From a virus: DNA of 64,000 bases. The first letter of the stretch is position 1. Each line of letters starts with the position of its first letter. A program made the translations under genes and the position numbers. The DNA is taken from positions 1 to 64,000 of IMG/VR virus record IMGVR_UViG_3300034122_002202; one strand, 5' to 3'. Shown in pieces: positions 24,881 to 33,629 of the stretch. The notes under the pieces are model-generated. The model ran no database searches. It was not told where the DNA came from and saw only the letters and a program-made list of their open reading frames with translations.

Positions 24881-26337
24881 AAGAATTTGCAATTTTTAAG
24901 TCAGAAATACAAGACGGACTTAAAGAAAAAATTATTTCTAGCATGTCTATTTCTTCTACATGTGAATTAGAAATTTGCGATCCTTTCCTATTAAATAAGC
25001 CACTTAGGGCAGTAGCAGAAAATAAAAACCAGATGGATCTTCATTACTTGAAATCTATTTTAGTTACTACTGGCTGGAATAAAAACGATGATGTGTTTGA
25101 TAAAGCAGAAGTTTGGACTGCAAGAAATACTCCATCTGATAAGCCATTTAATTATGAGCATGATCAAAAACAAATAATTGGACATATTACTGGATCTAAA
25201 GTAATTGACGAAGATGGCAATGATGTGGCAGAAGGAGTGAGTGTTGATGAACTACCTAAAAAGTTTCACATCTTGACTTCTGCTGTACTTTACAAATTTT
25301 GGGAAGATCCAAAAAAACAAGAAGAGATGAATGATATAATCTCTGGCATAGCAAACAACAAATGGTTTGTTTCTATGGAAGCATTATTTAATAATTTTGA
25401 TTACGCTATGGATGATGGCGTTACTGCCAAAGTAATTGCTAGAAATGAAAAGACTGCTTTTCTAACTAAACATTTACGAGCATATGGCGGTAATGGTGTC
25501 TTTAATAATATCAAAATAGGAAGGGTTTTAAAGAACATTGTCTTCTCTGGAAAGGGGCTTGTACGCAAGCCAGCCAATCCAGAAAGTATTATTTTTGATG
25601 AAACGGAAGCTTTTATTACAAGTTCGGTGTACCAATTAGATGAGACTACAAAGTCAAAGGAGATCATTATGAGTATTGAAGAAGAAAAAATCGAAAAGCA
25701 AATTGCAGAAGTTACTGAAGAAGTAGCTGCTGCTTTTCCTCCAGAAGAAAAGCCCGAAGAAGAAAAAGAAGATACTGTTGAAGATCCAGCAGTTAAAAAA
25801 GAAGAAAAGATGGGCGAAGAAGAAGCTAATTATATGGAAGATAAAAAGAAAATGATGGCTGAATCTGAAGCCATGAAAAAACAACTTGACATGGTAGTTA
25901 ATGAACTTAACAACATGAAAAAAGAAAAAATGCAAGCTAATCGTGCAGAAATGGTAATTGAAAAGTTTGGCATGAATAAAGATGAAGCTACTTTGGTAGT
26001 TTCTGCATTAAGTGCTCTTAATGACGAATCTTTTGCCAGTGCAGTTACTATGCAGTCTGATTACTTTAATAAGAAAATGTCTGAATATAAATCTGGTAAA
26101 ACTGTTAATGAAGAAGCACCAGCAAAAGATCCAGAAGAAGACAAAAAGAAAGCTCCAAGTGAAAATGTAGAAATTAGTGAAGATCCAGCAGATGTTAAAG
26201 CATCTGCATCTATCTTGGATACTGCTGAAGTTAAATCAGATGCTGCTCTTGCAACTTCAGAAAGTTCTAATGGTGTAAAGCAAGTAGCATCGCAAATTGC
26301 GTCTTATTTTGGTTTAGAAACATCGGCCACAGAGTAA
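24877..26337 (+). CDS. prohead maturation protease fused to acidic coiled-coil scaffold
   Basis: NKNDDVF, NYEH...IIGH, VSME, FSGKGLVRKPANPES; position between portal and capsid. Confidence 0.75.
   Translation: MKEFAIFKSEIQDGLKEKIISSMSISSTCELEICDPFLLNKPLRAVAENKNQMDLHYLKSILVTTGWNKNDDVFDKAEVWTARNTPSDKPFNYEHDQKQIIGHITGSKVIDEDGNDVAEGVSVDELPKKFHILTSAVLYKFWEDPKKQEEMNDIISGIANNKWFVSMEALFNNFDYAMDDGVTAKVIARNEKTAFLTKHLRAYGGNGVFNNIKIGRVLKNIVFSGKGLVRKPANPESIIFDETEAFITSSVYQLDETTKSKEIIMSIEEEKIEKQIAEVTEEVAAAFPPEEKPEEEKEDTVEDPAVKKEEKMGEEEANYMEDKKKMMAESEAMKKQLDMVVNELNNMKKEKMQANRAEMVIEKFGMNKDEATLVVSALSALNDESFASAVTMQSDYFNKKMSEYKSGKTVNEEAPAKDPEEDKKKAPSENVEISEDPADVKASASILDTAEVKSDAALATSESSNGVKQVASQIASYFGLETSATE
25669..26337 (+). 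CDS. probable nested in-frame scaffold protein (MSIEEEK...)
   Basis: AAGGAG RBS before in-frame ATG 25669 and GGTGTA motif at 25626. Confidence 0.55.
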   Translation: MSIEEEKIEKQIAEVTEEVAAAFPPEEKPEEEKEDTVEDPAVKKEEKMGEEEANYMEDKKKMMAESEAMKKQLDMVVNELNNMKKEKMQANRAEMVIEKFGMNKDEATLVVSALSALNDESFASAVTMQSDYFNKKMSEYKSGKTVNEEAPAKDPEEDKKKAPSENVEISEDPADVKASASILDTAEVKSDAALATSESSNGVKQVASQIASYFGLETSATE

Positions 26338-26352
26338 TAAAAGGAGAGACTA

Positions 26353-26817
26353 ATGGCTCTTAAATCTGACCGTAATGTACTTGAGACTGACATTTCTTTG
26401 GTTTGCAACGATGTTGTAAGCAAGGGTCTTGTTCTTGTTTATGGTACTCAAGCTTCTGGTGTTGGTAACGAAACTCCAGGAATTGCATCTTTAGTTGTAA
26501 ATCCATCTGGATATAAAGTAGCTGGTTTGACTTTGGCAAGCTTTGTAAGCATTGACCAGACTCGTCAGCATCGCAACTTTATGAAAGATGAACAAGTAGT
26601 TGGCGAAAAAGCCCCACTACTTCGCAAAGGTTATGTTGTAACTGATGCGGTAGCTGGTACTCCAGCACCAGGTGCTCCAGCATATCTTGTTGGAACTGGT
26701 GTTCTATCAACTGTAATTTCTCCTGTTGGTGTAGTTGCTACTCCACTAGTAGGGGCTTTTGCTACTGCAAAAGACGAAAGTGGTTTCGCAAAAGTGTATA
26801 TTGACCTTCCTGCATAA
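26353..26817 (+). CDS. head decoration / minor capsid protein
   Basis: AAGGAG RBS; small Gly/Val/Ala-rich beta protein just before MCP. Confidence 0.65.
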   Translation: MALKSDRNVLETDISLVCNDVVSKGLVLVYGTQASGVGNETPGIASLVVNPSGYKVAGLTLASFVSIDQTRQHRNFMKDEQVVGEKAPLLRKGYVVTDAVAGTPAPGAPAYLVGTGVLSTVISPVGVVATPLVGAFATAKDESGFAKVYIDLPA

Positions 26818-26842
26818 CTTTTAAAAAAGGAGAGATAGTTCC

Positions 26843-27835
26843 ATGAAGACACCAACTCCAGAAATGGTAGACTTGTTGAAAAAGTCAGGCAGCAACAATT
26901 ATGAAGTTGCTTGTGCTGCACAAGTTGAATTGGCCAAAGCTTTAACCCTCCCTCTTCGTCAGGGTATTGTTAACGGAGATATCGTTAGCAATATTTTTGA
27001 AACTGTAAATTTTGCTCCTGGTACTTCGGTAGAATTTCCTTTGGATTTTCTTGCTCCTGGTACTGAGAAAGATTTCGTTGCTTATACGATTCCTGCACAG
27101 GGTAAAATTCCTGAGCGAAGCGTAGAAGGCGACTATGTAATGGTTCCTACCTATGAAGTTGGTGCTTCCATCGACTTCTCCCTGCGTTATGCTAGGGATG
27201 CAAGGTGGGATATCATTGGTCGAGCAATGCAAGTTCTTGAAGCATCCTTTGTTCGTAAAATGAATAGCGATGGCTGGAGAACTATTCTTGCTGCTGGCGT
27301 TGGTCGTGGCCTTGTCATTTATGACGATGTTGCTGCTGCTGGCTACTTTAGCAAGAGGCTAGTTGCTCTTCTCAAAACTTCCATGAGGCGAAATACTGGT
27401 GGTAATAGTACCTCGATTAATCGTGGTAAGCTTACTGACCTTTATATCAGTCCAGAAAGTCTTGAAGACATTCGTGGATGGCAGATTGGTGAAGTTGATG
27501 ACTTTACCCGAAGGGAAATCTTCGTTCAAGAAGAAACTCCACTTCCAAGGGTATTTGGCGTTAACCTTCACGATCTTGATGAAATTGGCGTTGGTCAAGA
27601 ATTCCAGAAGTATTATACTGGACCTCTTGGTGCATCTATGCCAGGCAGCAAACTTGAAATTGTTATCGGCTTAGACCTCGATAAACAAGACAGCTTTGTT
27701 CATCCTGTTCGTCAAGAAATCGAAGTTTACGAAGATCCTACTTTCCATCGTCAACGCAGGATGGGTATGTATGGTTTTGGTGAACACGGCTTTGCTGTAC
27801 TTGATAACCGAAGGGTTCTTCTTGGTGCAGTATAG
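26843..27835 (+). CDS. major capsid protein (HK97 fold expected)
   Basis: 330 aa, strong RBS, high-expression codon bias, G.YG..E.G..V.D.R C-terminus, followed by terminator. Confidence 0.85.
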   Translation: MKTPTPEMVDLLKKSGSNNYEVACAAQVELAKALTLPLRQGIVNGDIVSNIFETVNFAPGTSVEFPLDFLAPGTEKDFVAYTIPAQGKIPERSVEGDYVMVPTYEVGASIDFSLRYARDARWDIIGRAMQVLEASFVRKMNSDGWRTILAAGVGRGLVIYDDVAAAGYFSKRLVALLKTSMRRNTGGNSTSINRGKLTDLYISPESLEDIRGWQIGEVDDFTRREIFVQEETPLPRVFGVNLHDLDEIGVGQEFQKYYTGPLGASMPGSKLEIVIGLDLDKQDSFVHPVRQEIEVYEDPTFHRQRRMGMYGFGEHGFAVLDNRRVLLGAV

Positions 27836-27859
27836 TGTTAAAATATTAAATAAAATAAA

Positions 27860-27889
27860 GCAGTCCTCTTTACGAGGACTGTTTTTTTT
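27860..27889 (+). terminator. intrinsic terminator after MCP
   Basis: CAGTCCTC/GAGGACTG stem + T8. Confidence 0.85.
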
Positions 27890-27931
27890 GTTATATTGGT
27901 CAAAGGATTTGAAACACTAAAGGAGATTATC

Positions 27932-28183
27932 ATGGCTAAAGAACCAACAATTTTTGAAAAAGCAGCTAATTTTGCAGTAGCATTAACTAAACATGTAGCT
28001 ACTGGAATGCCAACCTTAACAGAAGATAAGGTAAAAATACGATTAGATATTTGTGATACATGCCCCGAAGTAAATAAGTCTAGCCCTAATTGGACATGTA
28101 CGAAGTGTGGTTGTAATTTAAAGGTAAAAGCTAGTTGGGCTGGTCAAGATTGTCCTATTAAAAAGTGGCCAGCGATTACTTAA
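27932..28183 (+). CDS. small Cys-rich Zn-binding protein (DUF6171-like)
   Basis: R..IC..C, C..CGC, CP..KW; AAGGAG RBS. Confidence 0.7.
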   Translation: MAKEPTIFEKAANFAVALTKHVATGMPTLTEDKVKIRLDICDTCPEVNKSSPNWTCTKCGCNLKVKASWAGQDCPIKKWPAIT

Positions 28184-28188
28184 TATAT

Positions 28189-28198
28189 GGTGTATTTA
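28189..28198 (+). promoter_or_regulatory. putative late promoter GGTGTATTTA
   Basis: Intergenic, upstream of fibre gene. Confidence 0.65.
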
Positions 28199-28217
28199 TC
28201 TTTGGAGAAAATAAAAC

Positions 28218-31200
28218 ATGCACTTCCAAAGAAACATAACAAGAATACAAGACCAAGACGACTTTTCTGGAGTACCTACCTCTGGAGAAGCCGTTTTTTT
28301 TGATGGTGAAAATTTTATTACAGCAGATATTACTGGGTATCAAGGATCGCAGGGTAATCAGGGTTCACAAGGAAACCAAGGATTTCAAGGCATAACTGGT
28401 TTTCAAGGTTTAACTGGAGCAGGAAGTCAGGGTGATCAAGGTCTAATTGGATTGCAAGGCTTTCAAGGAACAATTGGAAATCAAGGGTTACAAGGTAATC
28501 AAGGCAATCAAGGATTTCAAGGAACAATTGGAAATCAAGGCTTACAAGGTTATCAAGGCATTCAAGGCAATCAAGGTAATCAAGGCAATCAAGGATTCCA
28601 AGGAAGACAAGGGTTTCAAGGCCATCAAGGTGATCAGGGTTGGCAAGGAGATCAAGGATTTCAAGGAAGACAAGGATTTCAAGGTCACCAAGGAGATCAA
28701 GGTTTTCAAGGAAGACAAGGATTTCAAGGAGAACAAGGATTACAAGGCATAACTGGCTTTCAAGGAATTGAAGGCGTAGCTGGAATAGATGCATTATGGA
28801 ACTTCACAGGTGCTTATAATGGCGGTGCAGCATATGCCGTAGGTGATATAGCAACCTATTTAGGGCAAACTTGGTATCGTGTAAATTCTAATGGTGGGAA
28901 TGTTGGTGATTCCCCCATAGAAGGAACTTTTTGGACATTGATTTCTGCAAAAGGAGATCAAGGAGATCAGGGAGATCAAGGCAATCAGGGTGACCAAGGC
29001 GAACAAGGTTTTCAAGGCGAACAAGGCTATCAGGGTGGCCAAGGCGAACAAGGTGATCAAGGACAACAAGGATTTCAAGGTTATCAAGGAAATCAAGGAA
29101 ATCAAGGAAATCAGGGTTATCAAGGATTTCAAGGTGAACAAGGACTGCAAGGAAATCAAGGAGATCAAGGATCACAAGGTTTAAATGGAAACTTTGGTGG
29201 TGTCACAGTTGAATACCTTATAGATACTCTTAATTATACGATAAACGATCCAGGCGATAACTATATAAGATTTAACAATTCCTCTCTTCCATCAGCTACA
29301 CATGTCATTATTGATGATAATCCAAACAACTCAACCATTGATCTTTCTTTATATTTAAATACTATTTCTGCATCAACAAGCACGATGAAGGGGCACTTTA
29401 AATTATCTAAGAAAAATGATTCTACAGTATTTGCTCTTTATGCAATTAGTTCTGCAACAGAAGAAGAACCAAGTTTTTTTGACATTATTATTTCTTATCT
29501 ATCTGGAAGTGGAACATTTTCAAATAATGATGAAGTTCTTTTAACTTTTGCAAGAACTGGAGATAAGGGAGATACTGGCAATCAAGGCAATCAAGGCAAT
29601 CAAGGCTATCAGGGATTTCAAGGAGATCAAGGATTTCAAGGAAACCAAGGGGAACAGGGTTCTCAGGGCGATCAAGGATCGCAAGGTAATCAGGGCGAAC
29701 AGGGATTTCAAGGTGATCGTGGAATTGGTGCATTGTCTTGGACATACAAGGTAAACACAACAACTCTTACAGATCTTGATCCAACTAATGATTATATAAG
29801 TTTTAATGCTGATCCTTTTACTTCGGCCACTCAAGTTAAAGTAGATGATAATCCATACGGAATAAATACTACTTTACATGATTTATTCTTAAGTATTCAG
29901 AGTGGTTATTTAACTTTAACAGATCAAGCCAATCCTTCAACATATGTTACTTATCAAATAACTTCTTGTGTAGATGGTACTTCAACAAACGATACTGAAG
30001 ATGGAAGTTATGTAATATTTAATGTGGCACTAGTTAGTACATACGGAGTAATAAATAACGAAGATTTTGTTACTCTGTCTATTGGACTTGTTGGTTCACA
30101 AGGATCGCAAGGTAACCAAGGTTCACAGGGAAATCAGGGTGAGCAAGGAAATCAAGGTTTTCAAGGCAATCAAGGCTTACAAGGAAATCAAGGTTTTCAA
30201 GGAAACCAAGGAAATCAAGGCGATCAAGGATCGCAAGGCAATCAGGGTGACCAAGGAAATCAAGGCACAACACCTTTAATTTGCACTACGCAAAACACAG
30301 GTGAATATTATTTTCAAGCAGTAGGTGAAAATTACTATCAAAGCCCTATAGCAACAGGATTGGCATTTGCTGCTGGACAAATACTGTCTGTATACGCACC
30401 CACTGATAATATTATACAGTACATGAGAATAACTTCTTATAACCCCACAACAGGGGATATAGTTGCAGTCGTTACACATTCTTTAAGCCCAGGATTTAAA
30501 ACATATAACACGCTTTCAATTTGTCTTGCAGGAAAAATTGGCGAGCAAGGTTCACAGGGTGATCAAGGTTTTCAAGGAGAACAGGGTTCCCAAGGCAATC
30601 AAGGCGACCAAGGTAACCAAGGATTACAAGGCGAACAAGGAAATCAAGGAGATCAGGGAAATCAAGGCAACCAAGGAGATCGGGGATTTCAAGGAAATCA
30701 AGGTGATCAAGGATCACAAGGTAATTATGGAGAACAAGGTTCTCAGGGTGATCAAGGTTCGCAAGGAAACCAAGGATTTCAAGGCAATCAAGGATCAGAT
30801 GCATTATGGAATTTCACAGGTGCTTATAGCGGTGGTGCATCATACTCCATAGGTGATGTAGCAACTTACTCAGGTGAAACTTGGTATCGTGTTGGTGCTA
30901 ATGGTGGTAATGTTGGAGATATTCCTTCGCCAGGATTCTGGACATTGATTGCTCAGAAAGGCGAACAGGGATTACAAGGATACCAAGGTGAACAAGGTTC
31001 ACAAGGTAATCAAGGATTTCAAGGGCAACAAGGTTTTCAAGGAAGTCAAGGTGACCAAGGATATCAAGGAACATCTGGTTCTGGAGTAACTATTCAAGGA
31101 TCAGAAACATGGGAAAACATATTTAACAATGAAACTTCTGGTTCTATACTTGGTGATATGTGGATACTTACATCTACATTGCAAGGTACTGCATCTCAAG

Positions 31201-33629
31201 CATGTCCAAATCCTTCTGGTGGTACAGCTTCTGCTGGAGATGGTGTTGTATACACAGGAACATCGCCAATTTATTGGCAAAATGTTGGTCCTATTCGTGG
31301 TCCTCAAGGATCTAATGGTTCGCAAGGAAGTCAAGGTATTCAAGGAAGTCAAGGCGATCAAGGCAGTCAAGGATTTCAAGGTCAACAAGGCTTACAAGGC
31401 AATCAAGGCTTACAAGGCAATCAGGGAGAACAAGGAAATCAAGGTTTCCAAGGTCAACAAGGATCACAAGGACATCAGGGCAACCAAGGATTTCAAGGCA
31501 ACCAAGGATTTCAAGGCAACCAAGGAAATCAAGGATATAGAGGCGAGTCTACTGGGGAAACATATTATTTTAATTACTCTGTAGCATCTGATGTGGCTGG
31601 ATATAAAGAACTTTCTATAACCCCAATTGCTACAGCCCAACAGATGGTAACAACATCATTGGCTGGAAGCACAGACAATATACTTATCGCTAGTTTCATA
31701 ACGCCACAATTAGGGTTTTCAGTTATACCAGGTGGATCTCAGTTATTCCACCAACACTTTCTAAAGCAAGCCTCAAACGACCACATTCAAACTTATATTA
31801 CAATACAATTAGCAAACTCTACTGGAACTCCAATAGGGCCAATATTATCAACAAATGCTCCAATGATAGGGTGGACTGATAGTACTAATGCAGTAGAAAC
31901 CTTAATGGATTTAGTGTTAACAACAACGACTATAGATCCTACTAATCGTATGATCGTTAAGATTTATGCAAATAACGATGATAGTAATTCTCACTCTTTG
32001 AAATGGTATACCGAAGGAACCGCATATTATTCGTTTGTAAGAACAACTGTCAGCGTAGTGCCGGTAATAGGCGAACAGGGTTTTCAAGGTTTTCAAGGAA
32101 ATCAAGGTAGTCAAGGTTCACAGGGAGAACAAGGATTCCAAGGAGATCAGGGCAGTCAGGGGGAACAGGGTTTTCAAGGTCATCAAGGCGAACAGGGATT
32201 TCAAGGTCAACAGGGTTTCCAAGGAAACCAAGGAGATCAAGGACTACAAGGAAATCAAGGTTTACAAGGAAATCAGGGTGAACAAGGCAATCAAGGCAAT
32301 CAAGGCGAACAGGGTTTTCAAGGAAATCAAGGGGAACAAGGCTATCAAGGAAATCAAGGTGAACAGGGAGATCAAGGATTTCAAGGTAGTCAAGGAGATC
32401 AAGGTTTTCAAGGTGAACAAGGATTCCAAGGAAATCAAGGAGAACAGGGATTTCAAGGTTTTCAAGGAGATCAGGGAAATCAAGGTTGGCAGGGTGAACA
32501 AGGTTCACAGGGCGATCAAGGATTCCAAGGAGAACAAGGCAATCAGGGTGAGCAAGGTTTCCAAGGAAATCAAGGCGACCAAGGTTTCCAAGGTGAGCAA
32601 GGATTTCAAGGCAATCAAGGATTCCAAGGCGAACAGGGCGAGCAAGGATTTCAAGGAGAACAAGGGAATCAAGGCGATCAAGGTTGGCAGGGCGAACAAG
32701 GCAATCAAGGAGAACAGGGAAATCAAGGTGATCAGGGATCACAGGGAGATCAAGGTAATTATGGCAATCAAGGCGACCAAGGATATCAGGGAGCAACTGG
32801 TAGCTTTGGCGGTGTAACAGTTGAATATAAAATAGATACAAATAATTATTCAATCAATGATCCAGGCGACAATTATATAAGATTTAATAATGCTTCTCTT
32901 GCATCAGCTACGCATGTTATAATTGATGATAATCCAAATAATGCAAACATAGATCTTTCTCTGTTCTTAGCTACAATCGCTGCTTCAACAAGCACTATGA
33001 AAGGTCATTTTAAATTATCCAAGAAAAATGACTCTACAGTATTTGCACTTTACACTATAAGCAATTCTTTAGAGCAAGAGCCTAGCTTCTTTGATGTCAC
33101 AATTTCTTATCTGTCTGGAATCGGAACATTTTCTAATGATGATGAAGTATTGCTCACTTTTGCAAGAACTGGGGATAAGGGCGATACTGGATATCAAGGT
33201 AGCCAAGGATTACAAGGCGTTGTTGGAACCACAGGCAATCAAGGCTCACAAGGCTATCAGGGTGTCGTAGGAACAACTGGTAATCAAGGATCACAAGGAA
33301 ACCAAGGTTATCAGGGTGTTGTTGGAACCATTGGAAACCAAGGCTACCAAGGAGTCGTTGGAACAACTGGATCACAGGGTTCGCAAGGTTTTCAAGGAGT
33401 CGTTGGAACAACAGGAAACCAAGGCTCACAAGGCAACCAAGGGTATCAAGGTTACCAAGGTGTAACTGGCCCAGTTGCCGGAACTGCTAATCAAGTTGTT
33501 TATAAAAATATAACTAACGATGCTGCTGGTTCTTCAAATTTTACTTTTGATGGAACAAATGCAGTACTTGCTGGAAGCTTATCATCTTCGGCAATAATCG
33601 GTGCGGATATAGATGGGGGTGCATTCTAA
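28218..33629 (+). CDS. collagen-like (Gly-X-Gln) fibre protein with interspersed globular domains
   Basis: Hundreds of GxQ triplets; duplicated carbohydrate-binding-like and other domains; IDGGAF end. Confidence 0.85.
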   Translation: MHFQRNITRIQDQDDFSGVPTSGEAVFFDGENFITADITGYQGSQGNQGSQGNQGFQGITGFQGLTGAGSQGDQGLIGLQGFQGTIGNQGLQGNQGNQGFQGTIGNQGLQGYQGIQGNQGNQGNQGFQGRQGFQGHQGDQGWQGDQGFQGRQGFQGHQGDQGFQGRQGFQGEQGLQGITGFQGIEGVAGIDALWNFTGAYNGGAAYAVGDIATYLGQTWYRVNSNGGNVGDSPIEGTFWTLISAKGDQGDQGDQGNQGDQGEQGFQGEQGYQGGQGEQGDQGQQGFQGYQGNQGNQGNQGYQGFQGEQGLQGNQGDQGSQGLNGNFGGVTVEYLIDTLNYTINDPGDNYIRFNNSSLPSATHVIIDDNPNNSTIDLSLYLNTISASTSTMKGHFKLSKKNDSTVFALYAISSATEEEPSFFDIIISYLSGSGTFSNNDEVLLTFARTGDKGDTGNQGNQGNQGYQGFQGDQGFQGNQGEQGSQGDQGSQGNQGEQGFQGDRGIGALSWTYKVNTTTLTDLDPTNDYISFNADPFTSATQVKVDDNPYGINTTLHDLFLSIQSGYLTLTDQANPSTYVTYQITSCVDGTSTNDTEDGSYVIFNVALVSTYGVINNEDFVTLSIGLVGSQGSQGNQGSQGNQGEQGNQGFQGNQGLQGNQGFQGNQGNQGDQGSQGNQGDQGNQGTTPLICTTQNTGEYYFQAVGENYYQSPIATGLAFAAGQILSVYAPTDNIIQYMRITSYNPTTGDIVAVVTHSLSPGFKTYNTLSICLAGKIGEQGSQGDQGFQGEQGSQGNQGDQGNQGLQGEQGNQGDQGNQGNQGDRGFQGNQGDQGSQGNYGEQGSQGDQGSQGNQGFQGNQGSDALWNFTGAYSGGASYSIGDVATYSGETWYRVGANGGNVGDIPSPGFWTLIAQKGEQGLQGYQGEQGSQGNQGFQGQQGFQGSQGDQGYQGTSGSGVTIQGSETWENIFNNETSGSILGDMWILTSTLQGTASQACPNPSGGTASAGDGVVYTGTSPIYWQNVGPIRGPQGSNGSQGSQGIQGSQGDQGSQGFQGQQGLQGNQGLQGNQGEQGNQGFQGQQGSQGHQGNQGFQGNQGFQGNQGNQGYRGESTGETYYFNYSVASDVAGYKELSITPIATAQQMVTTSLAGSTDNILIASFITPQLGFSVIPGGSQLFHQHFLKQASNDHIQTYITIQLANSTGTPIGPILSTNAPMIGWTDSTNAVETLMDLVLTTTTIDPTNRMIVKIYANNDDSNSHSLKWYTEGTAYYSFVRTTVSVVPVIGEQGFQGFQGNQGSQGSQGEQGFQGDQGSQGEQGFQGHQGEQGFQGQQGFQGNQGDQGLQGNQGLQGNQGEQGNQGNQGEQGFQGNQGEQGYQGNQGEQGDQGFQGSQGDQGFQGEQGFQGNQGEQGFQGFQGDQGNQGWQGEQGSQGDQGFQGEQGNQGEQGFQGNQGDQGFQGEQGFQGNQGFQGEQGEQGFQGEQGNQGDQGWQGEQGNQGEQGNQGDQGSQGDQGNYGNQGDQGYQGATGSFGGVTVEYKIDTNNYSINDPGDNYIRFNNASLASATHVIIDDNPNNANIDLSLFLATIAASTSTMKGHFKLSKKNDSTVFALYTISNSLEQEPSFFDVTISYLSGIGTFSNDDEVLLTFARTGDKGDTGYQGSQGLQGVVGTTGNQGSQGYQGVVGTTGNQGSQGNQGYQGVVGTIGNQGYQGVVGTTGSQGSQGFQGVVGTTGNQGSQGNQGYQGYQGVTGPVAGTANQVVYKNITNDAAGSSNFTFDGTNAVLAGSLSSSAIIGADIDGGAF

